A DNA stretch of 64,000 nt from a virus. Lineage: Duplodnaviria; Heunggongvirae; Uroviricota; Caudoviricetes. Numbering within the stretch: position 1 is the first letter of the stretch; each line of letters starts with the position of its first letter. The position numbers were made by a program, and so were the translations under genes. The notes under the pieces are model-generated. The model was not told where the DNA came from. It ran no database searches and saw nothing but the letters and a program-made list of their open reading frames with translations. The DNA lies in IMG/VR virus record IMGVR_UViG_3300044981_000022, positions 1-64,000 of that record; one strand, 5' to 3'. Below, one piece after another: positions 20,156 through 28,806 of this stretch.

Positions 20156-20245
20156 AAGCGGGGCAACAATCGACTTAGGATGGGATTCTATCCCTTTCTT
20201 GTTCATGGTAAGAAGTAACCCAAATCTTACGGCACCCGCTTCGAT
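20156..20245 (-). ncRNA. Y-RNA-like module C (shorter)
   Basis: terminal helix GCGGG/CCCGC; conserved 'GUGCCGUAAG..GGGUUACUUCUUAC' and 3' 'CGAUUGUUGCC'. Confidence 0.5.
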
Positions 20246-20255
20246 TTCAAGACTA

Positions 20256-20852
20256 CTACGACTTCTTTGTTTTGTCAAGCTTTTTCTTTCGAGTAAGTTT
20301 CTTGTATAATTTGTTCCAGACTCTTTCAACATAACTATCTGAAACAAACGGAGCTAATTTTCCTGTGAATGGGGGAACATTTCCGTCTTCAGTTTGTACT
20401 ACATATACAGGAGTCGGCTCTATCTGATCTTTTATCTTAAACGTTCGTTCACTGGAAGTGACAGTGTTGGTGCTCTGGTGCATCATTTCTAGCGCCTGCT
20501 TCCAATCTGGACTTTGTTTTGTCCACGGCTTACCACAAATCGTACACTGAATTTCTTCACTACCATCAGAAAATATATGATATCGTAAAGAGTAATCTGG
20601 TTTTGGGCCGTGTACTTTTCCGCCTTTTAAATGACGGCAAACTCCCCAACGTTTATTTTGTAATTCTAAATACTGTCTCGCAAGATGTTTTTGCTTTTCA
20701 TCTCGTGCAGCAACTATTAACGCTTCGGCTTGTTGCTTAATTCTAGCTTTCTCTTCTTCTAAAGCTCTATACAGCCATGAGATGAATTTACGAATTAATT
20801 TGTTGAACATTTTCTTCCTTACGGCGTTGCCACACAGGAGGCAGAAATCCAT
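20256..20852 (-). CDS. zinc-ribbon/coiled-coil hypothetical protein
   Basis: 198 aa; 'CTICGKPW', 'CLLCGNAV'. Confidence 0.4.
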   Translation of the reverse strand: MDFCLLCGNAVRKKMFNKLIRKFISWLYRALEEEKARIKQQAEALIVAARDEKQKHLARQYLELQNKRWGVCRHLKGGKVHGPKPDYSLRYHIFSDGSEEIQCTICGKPWTKQSPDWKQALEMMHQSTNTVTSSERTFKIKDQIEPTPVYVVQTEDGNVPPFTGKLAPFVSDSYVERVWNKLYKKLTRKKKLDKTKKS

Positions 20853-21342
20853 GCCGTCCGTGAATCTTAATTAACTGACGTTTTGCTCTTTGTCTAGCTA
20901 TGTTCATATCTTCTTGAGTATATTCATCCGGAAGAAGCTTGCGAACCAGATCAACAAATTGAAGTTGCCGTTTATTTGGATGCGGCTTCAGTCGTTTCTT
21001 ATTGAATACAGCGGCACCTAATATCACTCGAATCTTTCTGGCTTCAACAACTGTCTCGGTCTCGGGAGTTTGTCCAGCAATCATTTCTAGTTCGCCGCGT
21101 TTTACAAACTTCTGCTTGCAAACTCTTTCAAATTGCCGATGTCTAGTTTGACAGATTTGACATTTAATCATTCGACCGAGTTCAGGGTTCCTTCCAGCAA
21201 AGCTGCGATCTCGAATTTGCTGTAGTGCTTGTTCTACAGAATTATTTCTGGCAAAATCTTCAGGTCTCTGGACAGATTGAGGTACTTCTGCAATTTTTGT
21301 CTTTTCTTGCCCGTCGCTTCCGCTTGTTCCGAATTCATCCAT
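20788..21342 (-). CDS. hypothetical protein
   Basis: 184 aa; 'CQICQTRH'. Confidence 0.35.
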   Translation of the reverse strand: MDEFGTSGSDGQEKTKIAEVPQSVQRPEDFARNNSVEQALQQIRDRSFAGRNPELGRMIKCQICQTRHRQFERVCKQKFVKRGELEMIAGQTPETETVVEARKIRVILGAAVFNKKRLKPHPNKRQLQFVDLVRKLLPDEYTQEDMNIARQRAKRQLIKIHGRHGFLPPVWQRRKEENVQQINS

Positions 21343-21542
21343 TGTGGAATCTCCATTTCATCCTGTAGCAAACGTACAACAGCTTCCAAATCCATTAATT
21401 CGTTCTTCAAACGCTCCGCATTAGTTAGCGATTGGCCGTCCTGAACTTCGTATCTGCCAAACTGAATTTGTTTCGAGCATCGTTGCGAAACCTCGGCGCA
21501 CTCTTCCATCAATTTCAAGAGTAGGAATTGTTGTTTAGTCAT
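21234..21542 (-). CDS. MazG-like nucleotide pyrophosphohydrolase (small, all-alpha)
   Basis: 102 aa; 'LMEECAEVSQ' EExxE-type motif, 'ELMDLEAVVRLL'. Confidence 0.45.
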   Translation of the reverse strand: MTKQQFLLLKLMEECAEVSQRCSKQIQFGRYEVQDGQSLTNAERLKNELMDLEAVVRLLQDEMEIPQWMNSEQAEATGKKRQKLQKYLNLSRDLKILPEIIL

Positions 21543-21708
21543 AACTCTACAAATATAGGCTTACAGTCTATTCTAGTAAACCGCCCATCAACTCCTTCTA
21601 TTAGAATTTTCTTGATCGCTGTGAATTCCGGATTTGTTACATTGGCCGAAATGATTCGACTTAGTATTTGTTTGATCACCGGGTCTTTCGCTCTTGCCTC
21701 GGCTACTG

Positions 21709-22347
21709 TCATATTGATCGTCCGTAATCAAAACGTCGTCCAGTCCCTGTCTTCAAATCATCCTCTGGCTCCGAATTCAGAACATAAGAAAATGGCAACT
21801 CAGGATTTTGTACCCACAAATTCCATGCTTGATCAAACAACTCGACAGGGACTCTAGGAGATAACAATCTAATTCGTTCTTTTAATGTCAACAACTCGTA
21901 CTCATCCCATCTTTCATTAGCAGCTTCTGCTCCGGCATACATTAGCCCGACTCCACGTAGGATATGGTTCTTTTCTATCGTAGGGGACCGTGGGGTCTTC
22001 TTTGACGTAGCGTTGGCTAGCTTGCCGCGTTTCTCTGAGACAGTGACAATAATATCTTCACCGTAGACAGGCAGAGGCTTAGTGATATTGACTTTGCCTG
22101 TTTTACTGCAAAACGAACAACTACGGACTAGCTTTTCATCATTAGAACAAACCGGGCAGACTTCCTCTACAGTCAAATTCTTGTACGATTTGATGACATA
22201 CTGCGCTGTTCCATTTCGTATCTTCTCGGCGGCTTCAGCTTCTGTTATGTATTTTCGGCATCGGCATCTAACCGGTGTCAACGGATGGTCCTTCTGGAAA
22301 CACGTATGTTCCTTCGTTTTCTTAATATCTCTACTATTATCTCCCAT
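21709..22347 (-). CDS. Cys-rich zinc-ribbon protein
   Basis: 212 aa; several CxxC pairs. Confidence 0.4.
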   Translation of the reverse strand: MGDNSRDIKKTKEHTCFQKDHPLTPVRCRCRKYITEAEAAEKIRNGTAQYVIKSYKNLTVEEVCPVCSNDEKLVRSCSFCSKTGKVNITKPLPVYGEDIIVTVSEKRGKLANATSKKTPRSPTIEKNHILRGVGLMYAGAEAANERWDEYELLTLKERIRLLSPRVPVELFDQAWNLWVQNPELPFSYVLNSEPEDDLKTGTGRRFDYGRSI

Positions 22348-22377
22348 ATCCCTCTTGAAATCAATAAGTTAATTATT

Positions 22378-22812
22378 TTAAAGGGATAAACGGACTTCGC
22401 CTGATTCCCTAGTTCCATTTGTTGCCTGTATAGGTACGACATTTCTTTTTGGCCTTCCCCTGGACTTTGCAGGGCGATTAGCTACTCTATTTACCCTAAT
22501 CAATGCTTGTTTTACAGCACCTAAAGACATATTCAACTCTTCCGCGATCTTCCCTGCGGTATCTCCTGCCCGATAATACTTGTATATGATAACAACCATT
22601 CTAGCTGCTTGATTGTACTGTTTCGGGCTAGGAAAACATCTCTTGACCAGTGTTTTAATTTCGGTGTCATTGAGCGCCCACACGGGTACCTTCTTCATCC
22701 GGTCAGCATGTCTAGTGGCTCCGGCAGTTCGAATAATTCCGTGTCCGCCACTAACAAACGAATCGTTGCTATCCAGAGAAGCGCGAAGAGACGGTAGTAC
22801 CTCTCGGTCCAT
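22378..22812 (-). CDS. HTH protein, sigma-70 region-4-like (possible phage transcription factor)
   Basis: 144 aa; 'GDTAGKIAEELNMSLGAVKQALIRVNRV' HTH. Confidence 0.4.
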   Translation of the reverse strand: MDREVLPSLRASLDSNDSFVSGGHGIIRTAGATRHADRMKKVPVWALNDTEIKTLVKRCFPSPKQYNQAARMVVIIYKYYRAGDTAGKIAEELNMSLGAVKQALIRVNRVANRPAKSRGRPKRNVVPIQATNGTRESGEVRLSL

Positions 22813-23085
22813 TTAATCGATAAACTCTTTCCTTAATCTATTCTGTTCTCGGATGGGTAGCTTCAATAATTCAGTTAATGTCAGCCGGTGGTTTCCCAAG
22901 AAGACTAGAAAACGCCGTGCTATTCGTTTCTCCGGGGACATTCTGGATTCGTCTATGGCGGTTATGATTTCATCTTCTGGTGCCTGCGGCCCATTGGTTT
23001 TCTCCCCGGAAACAGAACTGTGTGTGAATGTATAATCTGTAAATTTTCCGCCTGATTTAACAGGCACGAATATATTAATTTTCAT
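22813..23085 (-). CDS. hypothetical protein
   Basis: 90 aa. Confidence 0.3.
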   Translation of the reverse strand: MKINIFVPVKSGGKFTDYTFTHSSVSGEKTNGPQAPEDEIITAIDESRMSPEKRIARRFLVFLGNHRLTLTELLKLPIREQNRLRKEFID

Positions 23086-24233
23086 TGGTTGTCTTCTAAG
23101 AATAAATCATCGAATGCCGACTCATCGGACTTCGTAAAATTCTGTTGCTTGAATGTTTCGTCCTGTAAGACAAACGCTCTGAAGTAAGGATCATTACGAT
23201 CATCTTTTGGATAACGAATTCCAAACGTGTTCGGAAATGATTTTGTATTCCACGCGTTTACAATTTGAACTATTTGTCTTGCCGCGATACGACCAGCATC
23301 TTCAGCAGATTGCTCCGAGACTCGTCCGCAATTGAATTGTAGTCGTTGGCGGGTAAGATTATCGAGTTCTGTCAATGTTGCGTTTTGTTGAAGCCAGTTA
23401 GCAAGTTCCTCGTCTTTGTACTTTTCTGATTGTTCAACCATAAAGTCATTATGGACAATCCACGCTTTCTGATCTTCTAGTTTGGCTATGACGCATTCTT
23501 GCCCTGCTTTGAAATTTCCGATATCTACAAGGGCTGTCGCAGAATAGCCTTTTTTGTAGCTGAGACCGCTTTTCTTGAACCATAACAGCGACACATCCCT
23601 GATTCCTGATAGCCAGGAATATCTACGCAATTGTGAATCGAATGCGGCCATCCCAGATTGCTCTGGGAAATCCTGTGCGCTAGTTTTGATGTCCACGATA
23701 AGTGGGCGAACCGCGCCTTGTTTTTGTTTATCCCATTCAACTTTCGGGAGACTAGAATGATCAGGAGAAATATAACAAACGATGTCGAGTTTACCAGCGT
23801 CATAAATCTGTCCGTATGTCGGATCATTCGGAAATACCTCTTTTTCGTACTCGCGTTGAAATGCCGCTGCCGCCCCTAGTGGGATTGGGAGTAATGGCTG
23901 TCGTATTGCATAAAGACGAAGCCAATCGGTAGCCATTTTTAAACATGTTTCCCAATTCTTTTCTTTGTCTGTATACTTTAAATCCTTATGTTTGTGTGCT
24001 AGCCATCTGCGATTGAAGTCTTCAATTGCACTTTCGCCGTTATGGTCATGATAGTACTGTAAAGACTCTTCAAACGCTCTTCCTAACATGAATGCGGCAC
24101 GGTTATCTTTTTCTTTCCAACCCAAGACCTTCATCAGATACCATTTGTATTCGCACTGGTCCCAGACATTTCCGGAACTATAGCTGTGGCGTCTGTGGGG
24201 CTGACCTTTTGAATTAATGTATAAATGCGGCAC
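23082..24233 (-). CDS. PD-(D/E)xK nuclease superfamily protein (RecB/Cas4-like exonuclease fold)
   Basis: 383 aa; N-terminal 'SYSSGNVWDQCEYKWYL', 'LIVDIKTS' (D/E)xK. Confidence 0.55.
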   Translation of the reverse strand: MPHLYINSKGQPHRRHSYSSGNVWDQCEYKWYLMKVLGWKEKDNRAAFMLGRAFEESLQYYHDHNGESAIEDFNRRWLAHKHKDLKYTDKEKNWETCLKMATDWLRLYAIRQPLLPIPLGAAAAFQREYEKEVFPNDPTYGQIYDAGKLDIVCYISPDHSSLPKVEWDKQKQGAVRPLIVDIKTSAQDFPEQSGMAAFDSQLRRYSWLSGIRDVSLLWFKKSGLSYKKGYSATALVDIGNFKAGQECVIAKLEDQKAWIVHNDFMVEQSEKYKDEELANWLQQNATLTELDNLTRQRLQFNCGRVSEQSAEDAGRIAARQIVQIVNAWNTKSFPNTFGIRYPKDDRNDPYFRAFVLQDETFKQQNFTKSDESAFDDLFLEDNQ

Positions 24234-24747
24234 TCACGTCCTCTCTTCGAACTACCAAATACCCTAGTTCAATTAGATGTTGTACCGCGTCTTTTTCTAA
24301 ATCTTCTACTCGTTGGCCTTTGCCGTGCCTCCATTGCCATACTTCTAAATTCTCAATACGATTGTCATCTCGAATTCCGTTTTTATGGTGAACTGTTTGT
24401 CTTGATTTAAGCGGTCCTTTTTCTCTCTCCCAAATTAATCTATGTTCAGCAATAGATTTACCTTGAATATTATAATATTTATAACCGTCTATATAAAATG
24501 CTCCGCTGAACCTGCTACAAAAATGACAAACACCTTTAGTATCAAAACGGTAGCGTATCCATCTAGGTTTAGAATGAACACATATTAATTCTTTAACTAA
24601 AGAATATTCTGCGATAGGAGATTTTATATTAATTTTTGGGCAAGCTATTAATATTTCTGGCCTGCCGTATTCGTCGTGATTGTGTCGTATCGCAATAACT
24701 TCCGGAATTCTTTTTTGAACATCTTCTAATGTAAGTCTTCTACCCAT
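24214..24747 (-). CDS. HNH homing endonuclease
   Basis: 177 aa; 'VHHKNGIRDDNRIENLEV' HNH motif. Confidence 0.7.
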   Translation of the reverse strand: MGRRLTLEDVQKRIPEVIAIRHNHDEYGRPEILIACPKINIKSPIAEYSLVKELICVHSKPRWIRYRFDTKGVCHFCSRFSGAFYIDGYKYYNIQGKSIAEHRLIWEREKGPLKSRQTVHHKNGIRDDNRIENLEVWQWRHGKGQRVEDLEKDAVQHLIELGYLVVRREDVSAAFIH

Positions 24748-26306
24748 GTTTTATACTCCCTTCCCTCTAAAAACATACTTATATTTCCCGACCATGATAT
24801 TCGAAGATATTCAGCGGCCCTCGAACAGGCCACAAAAAATATTCTCTTCTCCTCCGTTAATTCCCCTTGGGTGTGTGGCATCATTCCTTGAGAGGCTCCG
24901 ACAACATAAACATTTTTCCATTCGCGGCCCTTCGCCATGTGGCAGGTTGCCAACATTAAATCCTTCTCTTTACGAGACTTTCGACCATACGTAAGCTTTC
25001 TAATGTAGGCCAAAAATTCGTGGACACTTAAATTCTTCTGCGCGGCTAATTTCACCGTATTATTTAGGTTCTCTATAGGATCAGAATCTAGTAAATTTCC
25101 TGTATTTCTATATCGTCCGTATAGATTATGATCCTGAATAATGTCCCGCAAAGCTATAGCCGCGTTCTGATGTTGATTTACATCTTTAGCTAAATTCAAC
25201 AATGCTTTAACTTCGTTTTGTTCGAAGTAATCACGCTTTCCTAAATTCTTATATTTTATCCCTCGACTAGCGGCAATTCTTTGAACATCAAATAGTTGCC
25301 GGTTTGTTCTGGTAATAATAACTGAGTTTTCTGGGTCTTTGGAGGCGTCTCCGAGGACGTGTTGGACTTCTGCATCGATATCGGAATATTTGATGAGTTC
25401 GGGGTAGACACCGTCTGGATTGCCAGTGACCATGTGTGAGGCAAGACCGTTATCCGTGGGGAGAATTTCTTTGAAGAAATCCACCAACTTTCTAGTGCTT
25501 CTGTAATTGTGTCCGAGATATAAGGTTCTTGCTCCGGGGAAAAATTTTGTGAAGTTACTGAGATTTCCAGGCTGTGCGGAACGCCATTCGTAAATGCATT
25601 GATTCTCGTCACCGACCGCGCAAATATTACCGTTAAAGAGCAATTGAAGAAGTCTAAACTGCACAACATCGGTATCCTGGCACTCATCCACTGAGATATA
25701 CTTCTTTTTATTACGCTGTCTAATGTCATCTCTGGTCTCCAACAACTTAACCGCTTCGCGCATTAGCGAATCGAAATCCAGCCAGCCGCGTTCACGACAC
25801 TTGATCTCGTATTCATCGTAAGCCAATGCCAAGCTGTGTTCTTCTCGGCCTACAGCTTCCTGAATCGCCTGTTCCGGTTCGATATTTGAACGTTTCCACT
25901 CCGATAGTTTTCCTTGTAGAGTACGAAAATTTGTTACTCCTGATGATCTATAGATATCAACTAGCTCAAAAAGTAATTGGTAATCCTCTCCTCGAACAGG
26001 TATGATTTGATCGGTCATCTCAAATGGAACATAACGACGTTCGCGTTTCATTAAATCCAAAGCATAACTATGAAATGTCCGAAAGATGGTTTCGGCTTTT
26101 AAAATTCCTATTCTACGGCACATCTCTTCAGCGGCGGCGGAAGTGAAAGTTAAGTTAAGAGTATCCGACATTTGAATACCTTTGGTTAGCATATTCAAAT
26201 AACGCTCAAGTAAAACAGTGGTCTTCCCCGATCCTGGCCCACTAATTACGACAAACGACCCGTCAATGGCTTCTACTACTGCTTTTTGTTCTTCATTTAA
26301 TATCAT
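24726..26306 (-). CDS. UvrD/Rep/PcrA-like superfamily-1 DNA helicase
   Basis: 526 aa; Walker A 'ISGPGSGKTTVLLER', 'VDECQDTD' motif II. Confidence 0.8.
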   Translation of the reverse strand: MILNEEQKAVVEAIDGSFVVISGPGSGKTTVLLERYLNMLTKGIQMSDTLNLTFTSAAAEEMCRRIGILKAETIFRTFHSYALDLMKRERRYVPFEMTDQIIPVRGEDYQLLFELVDIYRSSGVTNFRTLQGKLSEWKRSNIEPEQAIQEAVGREEHSLALAYDEYEIKCRERGWLDFDSLMREAVKLLETRDDIRQRNKKKYISVDECQDTDVVQFRLLQLLFNGNICAVGDENQCIYEWRSAQPGNLSNFTKFFPGARTLYLGHNYRSTRKLVDFFKEILPTDNGLASHMVTGNPDGVYPELIKYSDIDAEVQHVLGDASKDPENSVIITRTNRQLFDVQRIAASRGIKYKNLGKRDYFEQNEVKALLNLAKDVNQHQNAAIALRDIIQDHNLYGRYRNTGNLLDSDPIENLNNTVKLAAQKNLSVHEFLAYIRKLTYGRKSRKEKDLMLATCHMAKGREWKNVYVVGASQGMMPHTQGELTEEKRIFFVACSRAAEYLRISWSGNISMFLEGREYKTWVEDLH

Positions 26307-26611
26307 AGAAGATCGTCGTAGGCCCCTTGCTTCATTAACCGCTTCTTTCTTCGCATAAACTTCTCGCCGTGTCCTTCTTCTACGCCTAATTCGATATGCA
26401 TCATCTCATGCAAAAGACTAATTCTGGCGATTCGCCCACTATTTATGTACTTGCGGCTAATCGTGATTAAGACAGGCTCGTCGCCCCAAAAATCGGTTTC
26501 GGCGTGTCCGTTCCGTGAAACTCTACCGAATCTAACTGAGACAACCGGGATATGGTTCTTAAAGTACTTCTTACGGTAATATTTAAAGACTTTGTTGATG
26601 TCAGAAGCCAT
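26303..26611 (-). CDS. SprT-like zinc metallopeptidase domain protein (putative)
   Basis: 102 aa; 'LLHEMMHIELGVEEGHGEKF' HExxH...H. Confidence 0.35.
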   Translation of the reverse strand: MASDINKVFKYYRKKYFKNHIPVVSVRFGRVSRNGHAETDFWGDEPVLITISRKYINSGRIARISLLHEMMHIELGVEEGHGEKFMRRKKRLMKQGAYDDLL

Positions 26612-26612
26612 T

Positions 26613-27479
26613 TCAGCGGCCTAGAATCTGATCGACTATTTCTCTTCCTTTAACTAAACCGACCTGGAAACCTGCCGCGTTCTTGTGACCGCCGCCATTA
26701 AAAATTTTAGCGATTGCGGAGACATCAATATCTCCGATGCTTCGAAGCGAAAATTGAATAAAGCCGTCTCCTCGTTCAAACCATGTCAAACTAACTTGAT
26801 AAGTTTTAGCTAGTTCGTTTCCAACTTCACTACAATTTAGATACGGAACGTTCAGGACAGCAGTTTTATAACCTTGAAATATACCCGTTTGAGCTTGCTT
26901 AACAGCCTCTCGAATATAGTGATCGATATGAGCAAGTGCCCCGACGCCTAATTGTAATGCTCGTGCAGCATCAAAAGAAGGCTGATCTAATGTTTCCCAT
27001 GCTTGTTTTGTAAATTCTAATGTACCGAGATAAGCACAAATTTCTTTTGAATGAGTTAACTTCCAATTCCAAAGATCACGGTCCTCAACATAATTGACAT
27101 ACCAGGGACGATCCTGTTCCGACCCCAAAGGAACGTCTTCTACTTTGGCATTCGCACCGAATAGATAATCCCATGCCAGTCCTGCGCCTGACCGCTTCAT
27201 ATCAAAGATTGCGTATGGCGCTCCGGCAAGAGTTGCTTCAGCGGTTTTGTGATGATCCAGAATCAGAAATGATTTTGCTAATGACGCCATCTTATCATTC
27301 TGCTCACGGGTTCGCCATGAGAAGTCTACAACTAAAACATCCTTGCCTGTGACTTCCTCGTAAGGTGGTTCTAATCCGTGATCTCTAGGCATCAACTTTG
27401 CTTCTGGATATCTCTTGCTTGCTATGTATGCCGCACACCATCCGTCTGGACAATGGCCGTGGTAGATTATCAAATCCAT
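26613..27479 (-). CDS. DHH/DHHA1 phosphoesterase (RecJ/NrnA-like exonuclease)
   Basis: 288 aa; 'YHGHCPDGW', 'LILDHHKT' DHH, 'NGGGHKNAAGF' DHHA1. Confidence 0.75.
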   Translation of the reverse strand: MDLIIYHGHCPDGWCAAYIASKRYPEAKLMPRDHGLEPPYEEVTGKDVLVVDFSWRTREQNDKMASLAKSFLILDHHKTAEATLAGAPYAIFDMKRSGAGLAWDYLFGANAKVEDVPLGSEQDRPWYVNYVEDRDLWNWKLTHSKEICAYLGTLEFTKQAWETLDQPSFDAARALQLGVGALAHIDHYIREAVKQAQTGIFQGYKTAVLNVPYLNCSEVGNELAKTYQVSLTWFERGDGFIQFSLRSIGDIDVSAIAKIFNGGGHKNAAGFQVGLVKGREIVDQILGR

Positions 27480-27480
27480 T

Positions 27481-28734
27481 TTACACCCCTATCATTCCTT
27501 CGATGTAACTGATTGTAGCTACTGCACCTTCTTTTTGAATCTTCTGTTCCAAGGTTGAAAGGTAACGTTCCCATTGCTCTGGAACAAGTTCATTCATGTT
27601 CTGAACCTCACTGAACATTAGCGTAGCGAAGCTTCTCATTTTATCTTGATTACCTATACCTTCCTTTGGGGCAAAGCCAGCGGTCTCTAGATCGTTCACA
27701 ATCTTAAACAATCGCTGACGATACGGCTTGACTTGTTCAGGGGTCAACCGAGGCTTGCTAGGCACTGGAGGAACTGGCGCGGCTGCAACCGAAATAGGTT
27801 GCTGTACCGGGGGAGCAACCGAAATAGGTTGCGCTGGCGGAACCGGGGTTGTACCCGTTTCGGGTACGGCTGTATCCTTTATGGGTACAACCGATGGACC
27901 TAGATCAACTTGATTACGCAATTTGCGCACATATTTACGCTTTATGCGTACTTCGGGTTCGGTGAGAGAAGGGGTCGAAGCAGAGCCATTGCCGCTGGCC
28001 CCCTTCTCTGGCTCGTTAGGAGTGGCTAGTTCCGCCGAAACTTGATTGTTCAGTTGTGCGATGGCATCTTGACGTAACTTTGCTTGATTAATTTCAAAAG
28101 CTAATTGGCTTTCAGGATCAACAGGACCGAATCCTTTTTTACGATTGGGATCAGTATTAAGATTGGCAGCACTTCTTAAATCTATTGCTAATTCTGGTGT
28201 GACATCTTTTCCTGGAGCATTCACCGGTGCTGCAATCGGTTGTAGGGCTGGCGGCAATGGGTTTGATTCTTTGAATTGTATTGTATTCGCCGGGTTGACT
28301 TCTGATTCATCGAGAACACCTGCGCCGACGAATTGCAGAGTCATTCGGCGCGTTGCTCTAGTTTGAGCAGTCATAATACTATCGTCTAATTCTCGGCCTT
28401 GCAAACCACTGATCCATTTTGAACCTGTTGACATCTCCTGGCGTCCTGTATTATCCTTTCCAGTTGCAGTGAATACAATCGAGCCGCCGACTTCTTTACT
28501 AGTTAAATCCGTTACACTAATGCCTCGGTTGTTTCGGATGATTTCTGTGGCACCGCGTTTTGCGTAGGCCACCAATCGTCGGGGACCATCTGTTTCGTCT
28601 AGGTATGTCAACATAACTAGATTCAATTCGGGCGGAACGCCCATGTGCTCACAGACATTTCGAACGTAATCTTGGCGTTGCTGCTCGTTCAAACTTTCGA
28701 GATCGTATAGCGGTAAAAATTTACTATTTGTCAT
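27481..28734 (-). CDS. hypothetical protein, possible ssDNA-annealing/recombination protein
   Basis: 417 aa; globular N-domain plus Pro/Val-rich low-complexity linker; adjacent to the DHH exonuclease, no diagnostic motif recognised. Confidence 0.35.
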   Translation of the reverse strand: MTNSKFLPLYDLESLNEQQRQDYVRNVCEHMGVPPELNLVMLTYLDETDGPRRLVAYAKRGATEIIRNNRGISVTDLTSKEVGGSIVFTATGKDNTGRQEMSTGSKWISGLQGRELDDSIMTAQTRATRRMTLQFVGAGVLDESEVNPANTIQFKESNPLPPALQPIAAPVNAPGKDVTPELAIDLRSAANLNTDPNRKKGFGPVDPESQLAFEINQAKLRQDAIAQLNNQVSAELATPNEPEKGASGNGSASTPSLTEPEVRIKRKYVRKLRNQVDLGPSVVPIKDTAVPETGTTPVPPAQPISVAPPVQQPISVAAAPVPPVPSKPRLTPEQVKPYRQRLFKIVNDLETAGFAPKEGIGNQDKMRSFATLMFSEVQNMNELVPEQWERYLSTLEQKIQKEGAVATISYIEGMIGV

Positions 28735-28806
28735 AAATCCTCAATTTAGTAATGGTACTCCTATTACGAAAATTTGTCAACATAAATCTTAATCCTTTGT
28801 TTTCAA

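Noticed and set aside
19865-20245. Minus-strand GGTTCGAATCC T-arm matches, first taken as three minus-strand tRNA genes
   Set aside because: No anticodon arm and no acceptor pairing of tRNA type. The units instead share Y-RNA-like conserved loops with covarying terminal helices, and two more copies exist elsewhere, so they are called Y-RNA-like modules.
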